From the sequence record PQ511146.1: a stretch of DNA of 64,000 nucleotides; one strand, 5' to 3'. Under the pieces are notes generated by a model. That model ran no database searches and was not told the DNA's origin. It worked only from the letters and a program-made list of their open reading frames with translations. The translations under genes were made by a program, and so were the position numbers. Every line of letters begins with the position of its first letter. Position 1 is the first letter of the stretch. This DNA is from Escherichia phage NHEP1. Shown here one piece after another: positions 9,420 to 18,226 of the stretch.

Positions 9420-9659
9420 ATGTATAAGTCATTTTCAATTTACTCAAGACAGGCAAAACACTACACAGAGATTCTGATCACTCAGAAAAAATCTGTGGAA
9501 GGTGAGTGGGAATATCATCATAAAATGTTGCGTCCAGACTGGGTTTTTGATAGGCTTATTGCTATGATCCCTCTTGGAGAAGTATACCCTCTGACAGGTC
9601 ATAGGGATGCTTGGGATTTAATTGACTATATAGATTCATTTAAGGAGCCTAGATTATGA
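9420..9659 (+). CDS. Hypothetical protein
   Basis: In-frame ATG at 9420 preceded by GAGGGGG. Confidence 0.5.
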   Translation: MYKSFSIYSRQAKHYTEILITQKKSVEGEWEYHHKMLRPDWVFDRLIAMIPLGEVYPLTGHRDAWDLIDYIDSFKEPRL

Positions 9660-10054
9660 AGATTGAGATTACTGAAGAAGGTAAGAAAGTCTCTGGTAAC
9701 TATGCAACAGTTATCCGTGATGTAATGTTCGAAGTCACTAAGATTGGCACATCCAAGGTTGGTCAAACGGTGAGTGTGCAAGGTAATATCACCTCAGGAG
9801 AGAAGATATTCATCGTGATAAAAGGCCAGGATCCTGTAGAAGGGACAGTTGGACGTGGTGGATACTTGTGTATCTCTGAAGAGCCTCGCATGCTAGTTGC
9901 TGATAACTCCACAGGTAAAAAGCGAGTATGTAACACGGACGAGGTGATGATTATCTATCCAGTCAACCCGGATGATCCGGCAACATGGATTGTGGGAAAT
10001 GAAATCTTCTCTTTAGAAGAGTTATCCTTCCCAGCTCCGCGATCTGTTCAGTAA
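9656..10054 (+). CDS. Hypothetical protein
   Basis: Track ORF 132 aa, ATGA overlap with upstream gene. Confidence 0.55.
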   Translation: MKIEITEEGKKVSGNYATVIRDVMFEVTKIGTSKVGQTVSVQGNITSGEKIFIVIKGQDPVEGTVGRGGYLCISEEPRMLVADNSTGKKRVCNTDEVMIIYPVNPDDPATWIVGNEIFSLEELSFPAPRSVQ

Positions 10055-10093
10055 TAATTTATCTTACCAGGGACGGTAAAAGCAGGAGGTAGC

Positions 10094-10327
10094 ATGAAAG
10101 TTAAATTTCTTACAGATTTAGGGTACCCTTCCTTGGTTGACTGCGTTGGTAAAATTGTGGAAGCAAAACGGCTATCTGCAAACGATAATGTTGTCATGGT
10201 TAAGGGAAAAGATTTACTAGCTGCAGGTGCAGAGTCTGGCAGGATCTCTCCTGACTATACGTATTACCTGTCTTTAAGTAATCTACCAGAACGAGGCGGC
10301 AAAGGCCTTGAAGTTGTGGAGGAGTGA
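10094..10327 (+). CDS. Small acidic protein, paralog family A (MKVK...KG.DL.AAGA...VVEE)
   Basis: Shares N-terminal MKVK, KGxDLxAAGA core and acidic C-terminus with 13749, 13966, 15838, 16106 ORFs. Confidence 0.55.
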   Translation: MKVKFLTDLGYPSLVDCVGKIVEAKRLSANDNVVMVKGKDLLAAGAESGRISPDYTYYLSLSNLPERGGKGLEVVEE

Positions 10328-10869
10328 CAGGTATGCTTCTGATTAACTGGGAAGACCTCTATGGGGACAAAGACCCTGTTGCGTTTGTTGATCGTAGGTG
10401 GAGATACACTGAAGAACAACTGGCTGCAAAAAATTTAACTGCAAAACGCAGAAAGATCATCCAGTGCAAGTACAAATACGCACAGTTTGCTGCAAAAGTG
10501 TCTCCACAAATCGAGAGTTTTGTACTTAAATTGTATGACGAGTACCTCAAATTCAAATTGGATTTTGTACAGGTATACCGTGCACAGGTACGTCCAGATA
10601 CCAACATCTGTAGATGGAAGGTTGTTTGTGATGGTAAAGATTTGCCGCTCAGTTTGACAATTGAGTGGCGTTGGGGGTATCATGAGTGCGGTTTGTGTGA
10701 TATTTGGGATGTCATTGTAGATCCTGCTAAGTACCTGAACACAGAGGAGCTGGAATATATCAATAAGGTTATTCTAGATATGTTTTTCAGCTACACCCGT
10801 GAAAACTCTGAGAAAGAACGGGATAATTTTCTTGACACCCTCGGCAACCACCTGCAGTGTACAATTTAA
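10324..10869 (+). CDS. Hypothetical protein
   Basis: Track ORF 181 aa. Confidence 0.55.
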   Translation: MTGMLLINWEDLYGDKDPVAFVDRRWRYTEEQLAAKNLTAKRRKIIQCKYKYAQFAAKVSPQIESFVLKLYDEYLKFKLDFVQVYRAQVRPDTNICRWKVVCDGKDLPLSLTIEWRWGYHECGLCDIWDVIVDPAKYLNTEELEYINKVILDMFFSYTRENSEKERDNFLDTLGNHLQCTI

Positions 10870-10887
10870 CCTACAAAGGAGGAGCCA

Positions 10888-11124
10888 ATGAGTATAGATG
10901 CTGTGCTGATAGGTTACCTGGTAGTAGCTGTTATAACAGCAGTAATCTTGGCAGGTATATGCATCGTGTCTACACGAAGGGTGAAGTTTGATGATTTTAT
11001 CACCATCATCACTGCTGCGCCCTTTTGGCCTGTTGTTATCTTCATCGTAATAATGTGCCTAGTTGATTACCACAAGAATACCCGTAAGGAGAAAAAGGAG
11101 AGTAGGGATGGATACCGCACCTAA
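10888..11124 (+). CDS. Small membrane protein
   Basis: Hydrophobic N-terminal segments; RBS AAGGAGGAG. Confidence 0.5.
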   Translation: MSIDAVLIGYLVVAVITAVILAGICIVSTRRVKFDDFITIITAAPFWPVVIFIVIMCLVDYHKNTRKEKKESRDGYRT

Positions 11125-11239
11125 AACTGTTTATACTGTTCTTAAAGAGATTGCGTTCTACGCAGATCTTAGCCGGGCACCTTTATGGGAAAAGAATATG
11201 TATTTAAAATGGTGCGTGAAATTAGAGGGGGCCTTCTAA
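11108..11239 (+). CDS. Small ORF (43 aa)
   Basis: AAGGAGAG RBS 7 nt upstream; TAATG overlap with next small ORF. Confidence 0.3.
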   Translation: MDTAPKTVYTVLKEIAFYADLSRAPLWEKNMYLKWCVKLEGAF

Positions 11240-11358
11240 TGTTTCAAGCCATGTTTATTGAAATGCTCTCTGGGGTATTACTGCTGGTAGCCATTTTGGG
11301 TGGCGCGGCACTGATGTATAATTATCTTGAAAAAGGAGACAGTAATGACAAAAAATAA
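11239..11358 (+). CDS. Hydrophobic micro-protein (39 aa)
   Basis: MFQAMFIEMLSGVLLLVAILGGAALMYNYLEKGDSNDKK; overlaps next gene by 14 nt; junction sequence repeated at 18635-18659. Confidence 0.35.
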   Translation: MFQAMFIEMLSGVLLLVAILGGAALMYNYLEKGDSNDKK

Positions 11359-11530
11359 ATCCTTAGAACAGGCTGAAAACCTTCTCCACGAGCTGGTAAA
11401 GGAGTGGAAAGTTGAATACTCAGATTTTAATGCAAGAGAGGGGGAAGATTATTGGCCTACGGAGCGCTCAGAGGGAGAGTGGTATCAAGATTTCATAGAA
11501 TGGCTATATCAGACGTGCGATGAGGGGTGA
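11345..11530 (+). CDS. Hypothetical protein
   Basis: ATG 11345 with AAAGGAG RBS; track start 11327 is TTG. Confidence 0.45.
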   Translation: MTKNKSLEQAENLLHELVKEWKVEYSDFNAREGEDYWPTERSEGEWYQDFIEWLYQTCDEG

Positions 11531-11988
11531 CGATGTTTGTTAAATATGTAAAAACGTGCCTCAACAACCTTGGTAGAGAGCATTGGTACACACTGCTTGA
11601 AAAAGGAGAAATTTTAACAAAATCTGGAAAGATAACTTTGATACCTTTGGACGATAAAGACCCGTCACTACTTGTCATAGATGATTACGTTACAGGTGTG
11701 TCGTACGAGGTATCTGTGGAGAGGTTAATACGCAGATCTGGAGGTCCTTATGACCGAAGAGAGTATGTTTTCGATTCCGTTACAGAGAAGGAAGATCCGT
11801 CCCTGATGTTTAGGATGGTAATCAGGGATATGAAATCATCTATAAATAGGATCGTAAAGGACATTAAGGAGCCTTTTAGGGTAAAAGTTAAGAAGTTTTT
11901 TGATTCTAAGATCAACATACTCGCCGTTGTGCTGGGCGTAATTCAACTTCTGTTAATTTTGCACTATTTTGAACTGTTGTTTAAGTAA
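11527..11988 (+). CDS. Hypothetical protein with C-terminal hydrophobic segment
   Basis: Track ORF 153 aa. Confidence 0.5.
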   Translation: MTMFVKYVKTCLNNLGREHWYTLLEKGEILTKSGKITLIPLDDKDPSLLVIDDYVTGVSYEVSVERLIRRSGGPYDRREYVFDSVTEKEDPSLMFRMVIRDMKSSINRIVKDIKEPFRVKVKKFFDSKINILAVVLGVIQLLLILHYFELLFK

Positions 11989-12048
11989 TGTGCATTATGG
12001 CACAAAGGATGTGCCATAATTAAATAAACTAAGAAAGAGGTAGAGAGA

Positions 12049-12396
12049 ATGTCAAAGATTAAATCGATATTAATGTGGGTGTCTGTTGTAGCTTTTGTAG
12101 GATACTGGACTTGGGAAACTGAATTAAAAGATATTGGGTATACCAGCCTTGAGAGTAAGGCGTGCATTGGCATAACCGATGCATTCAGGCAGAATGCTAT
12201 GGATCACGAATGTGTCGATGCAGATATAGATGAGAAACTGTCTAAGGACAAAGATTTTTACCATGGTCATGCCTTGCTTGATAGTGGTGACACTGTAGAA
12301 TTCTGGTCGTGGTTCCGTGAAGATGGGACAATAAAGACAGCAGTAAAGATTTCCAACAAAGAGTTGATGCTGTTGCAGCAGAAGGAGGTGCAATGA
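12049..12396 (+). CDS. Hypothetical protein with N-terminal signal/TM segment
   Basis: Track ORF 115 aa; AAAGAGG RBS. Confidence 0.5.
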   Translation: MSKIKSILMWVSVVAFVGYWTWETELKDIGYTSLESKACIGITDAFRQNAMDHECVDADIDEKLSKDKDFYHGHALLDSGDTVEFWSWFREDGTIKTAVKISNKELMLLQQKEVQ

Positions 12397-12680
12397 TCTG
12401 GATATCCTACGCTGATGGCACCATGCTGTATACTGCAGGTACTAGATATGAAGTTAAGGAGGACGATAAAAAATTTATCGTAAAAACATTTGACAAGGAC
12501 GACAACCTTTTGCTAGAATTGACTTACAAGGTTGGGGATGTATCTAGCATCCAATTGGATTGCGGTCATAAAGATAACCCGCTCAAGAAACCTGGGGTAG
12601 GTAAAGCTTCAGAAGAACGCCTGTCTCGTATTGCAGAAAGCGTTTCTGCACAAAAATCTAAAAAGGGGACTAGAAAATGA
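12393..12680 (+). CDS. Hypothetical protein
   Basis: Track ORF 95 aa. Confidence 0.5.
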   Translation: MIWISYADGTMLYTAGTRYEVKEDDKKFIVKTFDKDDNLLLELTYKVGDVSSIQLDCGHKDNPLKKPGVGKASEERLSRIAESVSAQKSKKGTRK

Positions 12681-12871
12681 AAAACTTACATTTTAACACT
12701 TATTACTACAACACTTTGAATGATTTGTATTATATTGTTCGAAGTAAAAATCCTGAAACAGTCCTATTCTGCCGCGAACCTTTCAAAGGAGAGGAAGTGG
12801 AGTCTGAGATGAATGTTAGCCAGATTACCTCTTTGTTGCTCTCAGGTGCAATGGAAGAAGCAATATTCTAA
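12677..12871 (+). CDS. Hypothetical protein
   Basis: Track ORF 64 aa. Confidence 0.4.
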   Translation: MKNLHFNTYYYNTLNDLYYIVRSKNPETVLFCREPFKGEEVESEMNVSQITSLLLSGAMEEAIF

Positions 12872-12889
12872 ACCAGGCGGGAGGGTTTT

Positions 12890-13075
12890 ATGAAGCACTA
12901 TTGTCTGTCTGGTAGGATGGGGGTGGATTGTGATTGGGTTTTCTTAAAACTTGTCAGCGTTCGAGAGTCCATTCCAGAGGAAGAGCAAGAAAGTGAGCTG
13001 ATGTCATGGATCAACTATTACGGCAACACTTTCCGGTATGTCAAAATGGAAGAGCTGCCAAACGAGGATGATTGA
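12890..13075 (+). CDS. Hypothetical protein
   Basis: Track ORF 61 aa. Confidence 0.4.
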   Translation: MKHYCLSGRMGVDCDWVFLKLVSVRESIPEEEQESELMSWINYYGNTFRYVKMEELPNEDD

Positions 13076-13170
13076 TTATGGTAGCATCAATATTAACGTT
13101 TATGGGTGGCGTGGCATTCGGATTCATTCTTTGTCTGTTTATAGTTATTATGGCTATGCGAGGCTGAATT

Positions 13171-13455
13171 ATGAAACTGTTCGAGTGGTTTAAAAAGTTT
13201 AAATACCAGGCTGTTGCTGTATCGAAATGGACCGTCCGCTGGGTGGACGATGATGGAACACAAATTCCTGGTGATCAGGATACCGGATACTGGGTTATGA
13301 TGGAGAACGGATTTGGGAAAAGGAAGTTTAAATGTGCTGGCGCTCCTACTCTTTTAAATGTTAGGAATGTACCAGGGTACAGCACTATGGTTGTTTGGGA
13401 GCTATCCGGTGTTCCTCCTGCCAATGTGCAATATCTGCCAAACCCAGAAAAATAA
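13171..13455 (+). CDS. Hypothetical protein
   Basis: Track ORF 94 aa. Confidence 0.5.
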   Translation: MKLFEWFKKFKYQAVAVSKWTVRWVDDDGTQIPGDQDTGYWVMMENGFGKRKFKCAGAPTLLNVRNVPGYSTMVVWELSGVPPANVQYLPNPEK

Positions 13456-13467
13456 AAGGAGAAGATA

Positions 13468-13752
13468 ATGAGCAATGGTGTCAGCAACAGTGCTGCAGAG
13501 TTTAAAGTGATCTGTAAAGGAACTTATTGGATAGTGAAACAGAAGGTGTACCTATTCGGTTTCATACCGTTTTGGCAGAGATTTTGCTGGGGAGCTAACG
13601 AGCTTAAGAGATACGCCACCAAGGCTATGGCACTTATTGGTATAGCTGAATACATTGCTGCCAGGGACAGAGAGGGGAAAACTTGTTACTACACTGCTGA
13701 CGAGATTCGTAACAGTGTTTACGTTCCACAACCGCCTGAGGGAGACCGTTGA
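13468..13752 (+). CDS. Hypothetical protein
   Basis: Track ORF 94 aa with AAGGAG RBS. Confidence 0.5.
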   Translation: MSNGVSNSAAEFKVICKGTYWIVKQKVYLFGFIPFWQRFCWGANELKRYATKAMALIGIAEYIAARDREGKTCYYTADEIRNSVYVPQPPEGDR

Positions 13753-13976
13753 TGAAAGTTAAAGTTTTAGATTCAAGCTTCTATATTGGTCAGGAGCCCT
13801 TAGTGGGGAAAGTGTTTACCGCTATCCCTAACGAAGATTATCCTGACCTTTTAAAAATAAAAGGTGCAGATCTTATTGCCGCTGGTGCATCCCAGGAATG
13901 CTTTGACAGTCAGTGGACCTACAACTTTGCCCTAGGAGAGGATGTGGAGATAGTGGAGGACGATCATGAAGGTTAA
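13749..13976 (+). CDS. Small acidic protein, paralog family A
   Basis: MMKVKVLDSSFYIGQ...IKGADLIAAGA motif. Confidence 0.55.
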   Translation: MMKVKVLDSSFYIGQEPLVGKVFTAIPNEDYPDLLKIKGADLIAAGASQECFDSQWTYNFALGEDVEIVEDDHEG

Positions 13977-14220
13977 AATTCTTGACTCTAACGTCTACTT
14001 GGGACAATCCTTCCTGAAAGGAAAGGTCGTACCTGCTGTATACTTCGAAGGGTTGCCGTGGGACGATCCTGTGCGGCAAAATCACAGCCATGTAGGCCAC
14101 AATGTGGTGTTCATCTTGGGATCAGACCTGATCGCGGCTGGTGCCCCGGAATATTATTTCGGAGAGGACTTGTATTATGCCTTTGGGGCAGGGTCAGATG
14201 CGGATATTTTAGAGCTGTGA
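13966..14220 (+). CDS. Small acidic protein, paralog family A
   Basis: MKVKILDSNVYLGQ...GSDLIAAGA motif; tandem to 13749. Confidence 0.55.
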   Translation: MKVKILDSNVYLGQSFLKGKVVPAVYFEGLPWDDPVRQNHSHVGHNVVFILGSDLIAAGAPEYYFGEDLYYAFGAGSDADILEL

Positions 14221-14232
14221 TGGGGAACTATT

Positions 14233-14631
14233 GTGAAAAATAAACTGTTCAAAGTTACAATGAAAATTCGCGGAGCTTGGAGCGTAAAGCAAGGGCGTAT
14301 CCCCGAATTTGAGAAAGACTTCTACGTAGTCTCCACCTCGGAGGAGGCTGCATGCTGGCAGGCTGGCTATGCCTATGCAAGAACCTGGTACGAAGGATAC
14401 CAGACTGGTGGCTATGACGGAGAAATTATCAGCAAGGGTGTAGAAGAAATTAATGTGTTGACAAGTGAAAAAGTTTTTGTTATAGTGCATCCAGATTCCA
14501 GAGTGAAGCATTACTGGAATGCCAGAACAAAAACTTGGACACCGTTTGCAGATTCTGCTACACCACTTTTAAGCCAGAAAGCTCTTGACTCTGCTCCAAG
14601 CTACGGGGTTGTTGAAGAAAAGCTAAACTGA
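14233..14631 (+). CDS. Hypothetical protein, paralog family B
   Basis: C-terminal half similar to 16438..16833 (HP.S...YYW.....W TP motif). Confidence 0.55.
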   Translation: MKNKLFKVTMKIRGAWSVKQGRIPEFEKDFYVVSTSEEAACWQAGYAYARTWYEGYQTGGYDGEIISKGVEEINVLTSEKVFVIVHPDSRVKHYWNARTKTWTPFADSATPLLSQKALDSAPSYGVVEEKLN

Positions 14632-14648
14632 AACAGTGAGGTACCAAC

Positions 14649-14939
14649 ATGATGGATTTAGTTCTGGACACTGATAACACCGGAGCGTTTAAAAAGGATG
14701 GTGCAATAAGCATTGACCAATTCTTCCCTGCCAAGATTGACTCAAAATGGACCTACAAGTTTGACGGTGAGATCTTCGCAAATGATGAGAAGGTCGTGGA
14801 TGCTGTAGCCATTTTAAACGCTTTAGGGTATGACCCTGTGAACTCATTGATCAAGGATCCTGTTGAGTTTGCAGAGTATGTTCGTAAAATGGCAGATCTT
14901 GCAGTAGATATTTTAAAAACTATCGACAACAAGTTGTAA
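14649..14939 (+). CDS. Hypothetical protein
   Basis: Track ORF 96 aa. Confidence 0.5.
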   Translation: MMDLVLDTDNTGAFKKDGAISIDQFFPAKIDSKWTYKFDGEIFANDEKVVDAVAILNALGYDPVNSLIKDPVEFAEYVRKMADLAVDILKTIDNKL

Positions 14940-14945
14940 AAACTG

Positions 14946-15001
14946 TTGACACAACGCTTCAGATTTAGTATCATTGTTTTCAAAGAGGGTTGGTTCCCTC
15001 T
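14946..15001 (+). promoter_or_regulatory. Sigma70-like promoter (TTGACA-N17-TATCAT) followed by 5'UTR stem-loop AGAGGG/CCCTCT
   Basis: Hexamers at 14946-14951 and 14969-14974; hairpin 14984-15001; precedes HPF-like gene. Confidence 0.5.
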
Positions 15002-15020
15002 TCTTTAAAAGGAACACATT

Positions 15021-15338
15021 ATGCAAATTGAAATCACTGGCAACGTAGAGATCACTGAAGGTATGGTGTCTTTCATTTCCAACAAAATGTCCAAGCTGGA
15101 GCGTTTGCACCCCTCTGCCAACTATGCACGTGTGAGTGTAAAAGTTGAAAATGATCACCAGGAAGTTATGGCTTTCATTTTTGACAATTCTGGGAAAGAA
15201 GTTATCGCCAAAGCTAAAGGCAGCGATGCTTACGAGGCAACTGACCGTATGGTGGATGTTGCAGCACGCCAGTTGGCTAAATGCGGTGGAAAGAAAGGTA
15301 AGGGAAAAGGTAAAGTAAAGATTGACTTTTTAGATTGA
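15021..15338 (+). CDS. Ribosome hibernation promoting factor / RaiA (S30Ae family) homolog
   Basis: MQIEITGNVEITEG...KLERL...VKVE...ARQLAK pattern matches bacterial HPF/YfiA; Lys/Gly-rich tail. Confidence 0.8.
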   Translation: MQIEITGNVEITEGMVSFISNKMSKLERLHPSANYARVSVKVENDHQEVMAFIFDNSGKEVIAKAKGSDAYEATDRMVDVAARQLAKCGGKKGKGKGKVKIDFLD

Positions 15339-15475
15339 GGTGCTACAATGGGCATGATTAAGAAATTAGTCCCAAATGTAGAGATTGCATGCTTTGAAAT
15401 TATGTTTGCAATCGCAGTTGTAGTTAATGTGTTAGGTTACGGCTATTAATATCAAATAATTGAGGAGACCTCTAA

Positions 15476-15745
15476 ATGAAAATTAAATTATTCCAAACTG
15501 AGCTGGCAGACAAAAACTGTGGACTGGTTGAAGGCATGATCGTTGAAGCACAACCAGTTGACTACATGAAGGTGGTTCGTGATGCCCTGGGTGAAGGTTT
15601 TGATCTGATGGAGCCAGCTCTGCGAGAAGATGTCATCGAGATGGCTAAAAAGCACACACCGGAAGGTTTGGTAGTGTTTGTTGCACCAGGTAACGGGGAA
15701 GAGTTGATTGTAACTCCGGATGTGTATGAGGTTGTAGAAGAGTAA
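15476..15745 (+). CDS. Small acidic protein (C-terminal YEVVEE), paralog subfamily
   Basis: MKIKLF start and C-terminal VYEVVEE shared with 16913 ORF. Confidence 0.5.
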   Translation: MKIKLFQTELADKNCGLVEGMIVEAQPVDYMKVVRDALGEGFDLMEPALREDVIEMAKKHTPEGLVVFVAPGNGEELIVTPDVYEVVEE

Positions 15746-15837
15746 TCCTGCTTGGGTTAGCATACTTTCCTCTACAAGAAAGGTTTGTAATTATTTGTGG
15801 GAAAGGAATCCCCATCTCTTACCAGAGGTGATACTAT

Positions 15838-16101
15838 ATGATTGTTTATTTTAAAACTTCAGGTGGATACCCTGATTCTCAAAGCTTGATTGGAAAAACG
15901 TGCACAGCATACTCACCTCTTGATGAGGAGGTAAGCAATATCCTACGAGATATGTATCGGATTGATCCCCAAGAAGCTTTTGATCAAAACCTTGTATTTG
16001 TCAAGGGATCAGACATAAAGTCTTTGGGGGCATTCCCTGAAGCAGATGATGATGCTGTTTATTCGTTTATGACACCTTTTGAAGCTATGATTGTGGGGTG
16101 A
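15838..16101 (+). CDS. Small acidic protein, paralog family A-like
   Basis: VFVKGSDIKSLGA core motif. Confidence 0.5.
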   Translation: MIVYFKTSGGYPDSQSLIGKTCTAYSPLDEEVSNILRDMYRIDPQEAFDQNLVFVKGSDIKSLGAFPEADDDAVYSFMTPFEAMIVG

Positions 16102-16105
16102 GAAT

Positions 16106-16438
16106 ATGAAAGTACGCTTTATTGGTGAAACAATTCCTGTGCATCTCCGGTCTCCTGAAGACTCTGCAGATCTTGCATCTCAAAAGGCGAGAGGGTATGA
16201 TAAGAAAGTGATCTCAAGCAATGTAGAGCTTGAGGCCACCAGTCTACCTGACCCAGCTGCATTCTTCAATCATTATGGCTACTATTTTAGCAATCTGATG
16301 AATATTGGTGAGCTTGTGTTTATTAGTGGTGGAGAGATAGTTAGCAAGCTTGGTGGAGATCCGGATATCTTTCATGAAACCTGCCCTTTTGCATTTGTGG
16401 TGGGTTCAGATGTGGAAGTTATTGAGGAGGTTCGGTAA
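16106..16438 (+). CDS. Small acidic protein, paralog family A-like
   Basis: ATG 16106 (MKVRF) after GGGGTGAG; C-terminal VEVIEEVR. Confidence 0.5.
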   Translation: MKVRFIGETIPVHLRSPEDSADLASQKARGYDKKVISSNVELEATSLPDPAAFFNHYGYYFSNLMNIGELVFISGGEIVSKLGGDPDIFHETCPFAFVVGSDVEVIEEVR

Positions 16439-16833
16439 TGGTAAGTCTATACCGTGTTGAGTATAGCTCGGATACTGTATACAATGTAAGAAGCAAAGAT
16501 CGCAGTGACAGAGTGCAAGAAATGTATGTTCTTGCAGACAGTCCGTTATCTGCAGCGTTCAAGGCAGGAGCTCTTGCATCTCGTTGGAAATTTGAGGGTG
16601 GATCTTTCTATGAAGAAACCCTTGAAGATTCTGTTGTTATTTCTTCTGTAGAGGTTTCAACCGACTACGAAGGGAAAAAGTTCGTAATGCGGCACCCACA
16701 CAGCAACATTGCGTACTACTGGGATGTTCTGAACAATGAGTGGACCCCTGATCTTCAGAAGGCCACTGTTCTAACCCCATTCCTGGCAGATAAGTTTCCA
16801 CCAGAAGGTAATTTATCTGCACTGTTTCAGTAA
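16438..16833 (+). CDS. Hypothetical protein, paralog family B
   Basis: Similar to 14233..14631 over C-terminal half. Confidence 0.55.
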   Translation: MVSLYRVEYSSDTVYNVRSKDRSDRVQEMYVLADSPLSAAFKAGALASRWKFEGGSFYEETLEDSVVISSVEVSTDYEGKKFVMRHPHSNIAYYWDVLNNEWTPDLQKATVLTPFLADKFPPEGNLSALFQ

Positions 16834-16842
16834 TTTTATGCC

Positions 16843-16880
16843 ACACAGGTGTTGACAACACCAACCCTGTGTGCAATAAT
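16843..16880 (+). promoter_or_regulatory. Promoter TTGACA-N17-AATAAT embedded in a 12-bp-arm palindrome
   Basis: CACACAGGTGTTG...CAACCCTGTGTG inverted repeat overlapping the -35. Confidence 0.4.
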
Positions 16881-16912
16881 ACCTTCATCTTAACAAGATA
16901 GGAGACCGATTG

Positions 16913-17170
16913 ATGAAGATTAAATTGAAAAACCTTGAAACGGCAGAGATTCAGGAAGGTATTGATTTCCGTTCTAAAGATGGAGACATCCTGGAGGCGA
17001 ATGTCCCGACATATAAGTTGATTAAAGGTTTTGGCAACGTTCCGGAGGAGGATATTACAGACATTCTTATGATGTTGATCCTTGACGGGACTGTGTTTGT
17101 AGGTGAAGGTGAGAACGCTATTGCAATCCCGAGCCATTTTTATGAAGTAGTTGACGAAGAGGTGCTGTAA
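16913..17170 (+). CDS. Small acidic protein (C-terminal YEVVDEEVL)
   Basis: ATG 16913 after AGGAG RBS. Confidence 0.5.
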   Translation: MKIKLKNLETAEIQEGIDFRSKDGDILEANVPTYKLIKGFGNVPEEDITDILMMLILDGTVFVGEGENAIAIPSHFYEVVDEEVL

Positions 17171-17521
17171 ATGAAAGTAGAGATCACAGGTTTTGATATG
17201 AATGCGGTTCCGGAAGATATTTTAGCTAAACTCCCGGAAGGTTTTGGTAACGGTGTTGTGGTTGATGCTGTTCCTCCTACCAAAGACATCCTGCTGCAGT
17301 ATGGTGTGGCAGAGGAAGATGTTGATAAAGTTCTTACAATGATGGCAATCGACCGTGTTGTCGTTGTTAAAGGTCTTGAAGGTTTTGATAACGATCCTCT
17401 GATTATTCGTGGTGATGACTATCATGTCATCGACAACGAAGGCCAAGAGTTCTACGAACCTTCTGCTGAAGATGTTCTTAACTTACTACTGGAAGCAGGC
17501 ACCGAAGAGGAGGAAGAATAA
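17171..17521 (+). CDS. Small acidic protein with poly-Glu C-terminus
   Basis: Track ORF 116 aa ending EEEEE. Confidence 0.5.
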   Translation: MKVEITGFDMNAVPEDILAKLPEGFGNGVVVDAVPPTKDILLQYGVAEEDVDKVLTMMAIDRVVVVKGLEGFDNDPLIIRGDDYHVIDNEGQEFYEPSAEDVLNLLLEAGTEEEEE

Positions 17522-17850
17522 TGAAAATTGATCCGTTACTGAAGGCTCGTGCAGAAAAAGCATACACTATCAAGCTGACCTCTCTGGTCCCTACTTGTCA
17601 TCCGGATGTAGGTTGGCCTGAAGGCTTGGTAGAGGGGACTGTAACAGCTGCATACCTTCCTAACATCAAATACCTCATGGAGATCTTGGAGATGGATGAG
17701 GAAACGGCAGAACAGTTCCAGTTAGACATGAAGCAAAGTGGGACTCTGGTTATTCACGGGTGGTATAATACTAAAGATGCAGAAGATCCCCTGGTAACTT
17801 CTAATCTGGCATATGAGATCTTAGGGCCTTTGAACTTGGGGGAAGACTAA
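17521..17850 (+). CDS. Hypothetical protein
   Basis: Track ORF 109 aa, ATGA overlap. Confidence 0.5.
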   Translation: MKIDPLLKARAEKAYTIKLTSLVPTCHPDVGWPEGLVEGTVTAAYLPNIKYLMEILEMDEETAEQFQLDMKQSGTLVIHGWYNTKDAEDPLVTSNLAYEILGPLNLGED

Positions 17851-18137
17851 TGAAAGATTTGGTTAAGATCAAGATTAAAGACACCAATGGAGAACTCAGC
17901 CATTTTGGAATTAACGATGGTGACGAGCTGATCGCCCACCTGCCTACCAAGGAAGTTGTAAGCAAAGCGGTTGCCGGAGAAGAAGATGCAATGCAGGCTG
18001 CAGGTGTGGATGAAAGCTATGTAGCAATGTGTATGTGCCGAGATCAGGTTGTTCTGTATAAAGCGTATCGACCAAATGGAGCACCTGAGTGGCTTGTTTT
18101 CCGACCCGAAGGGTATGAAATTTTAGAGACGCTATGA
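17850..18137 (+). CDS. Hypothetical protein
   Basis: Track ORF 95 aa. Confidence 0.5.
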   Translation: MKDLVKIKIKDTNGELSHFGINDGDELIAHLPTKEVVSKAVAGEEDAMQAAGVDESYVAMCMCRDQVVLYKAYRPNGAPEWLVFRPEGYEILETL

Positions 18138-18226
18138 TAAATCTTGCCAAGGTTGCAACGGCACTGTTAATTATTTGCTGGATAGTGACCTTGGCACTAT
18201 GTCTTGTATTTCATTAAGGGGGCTAT

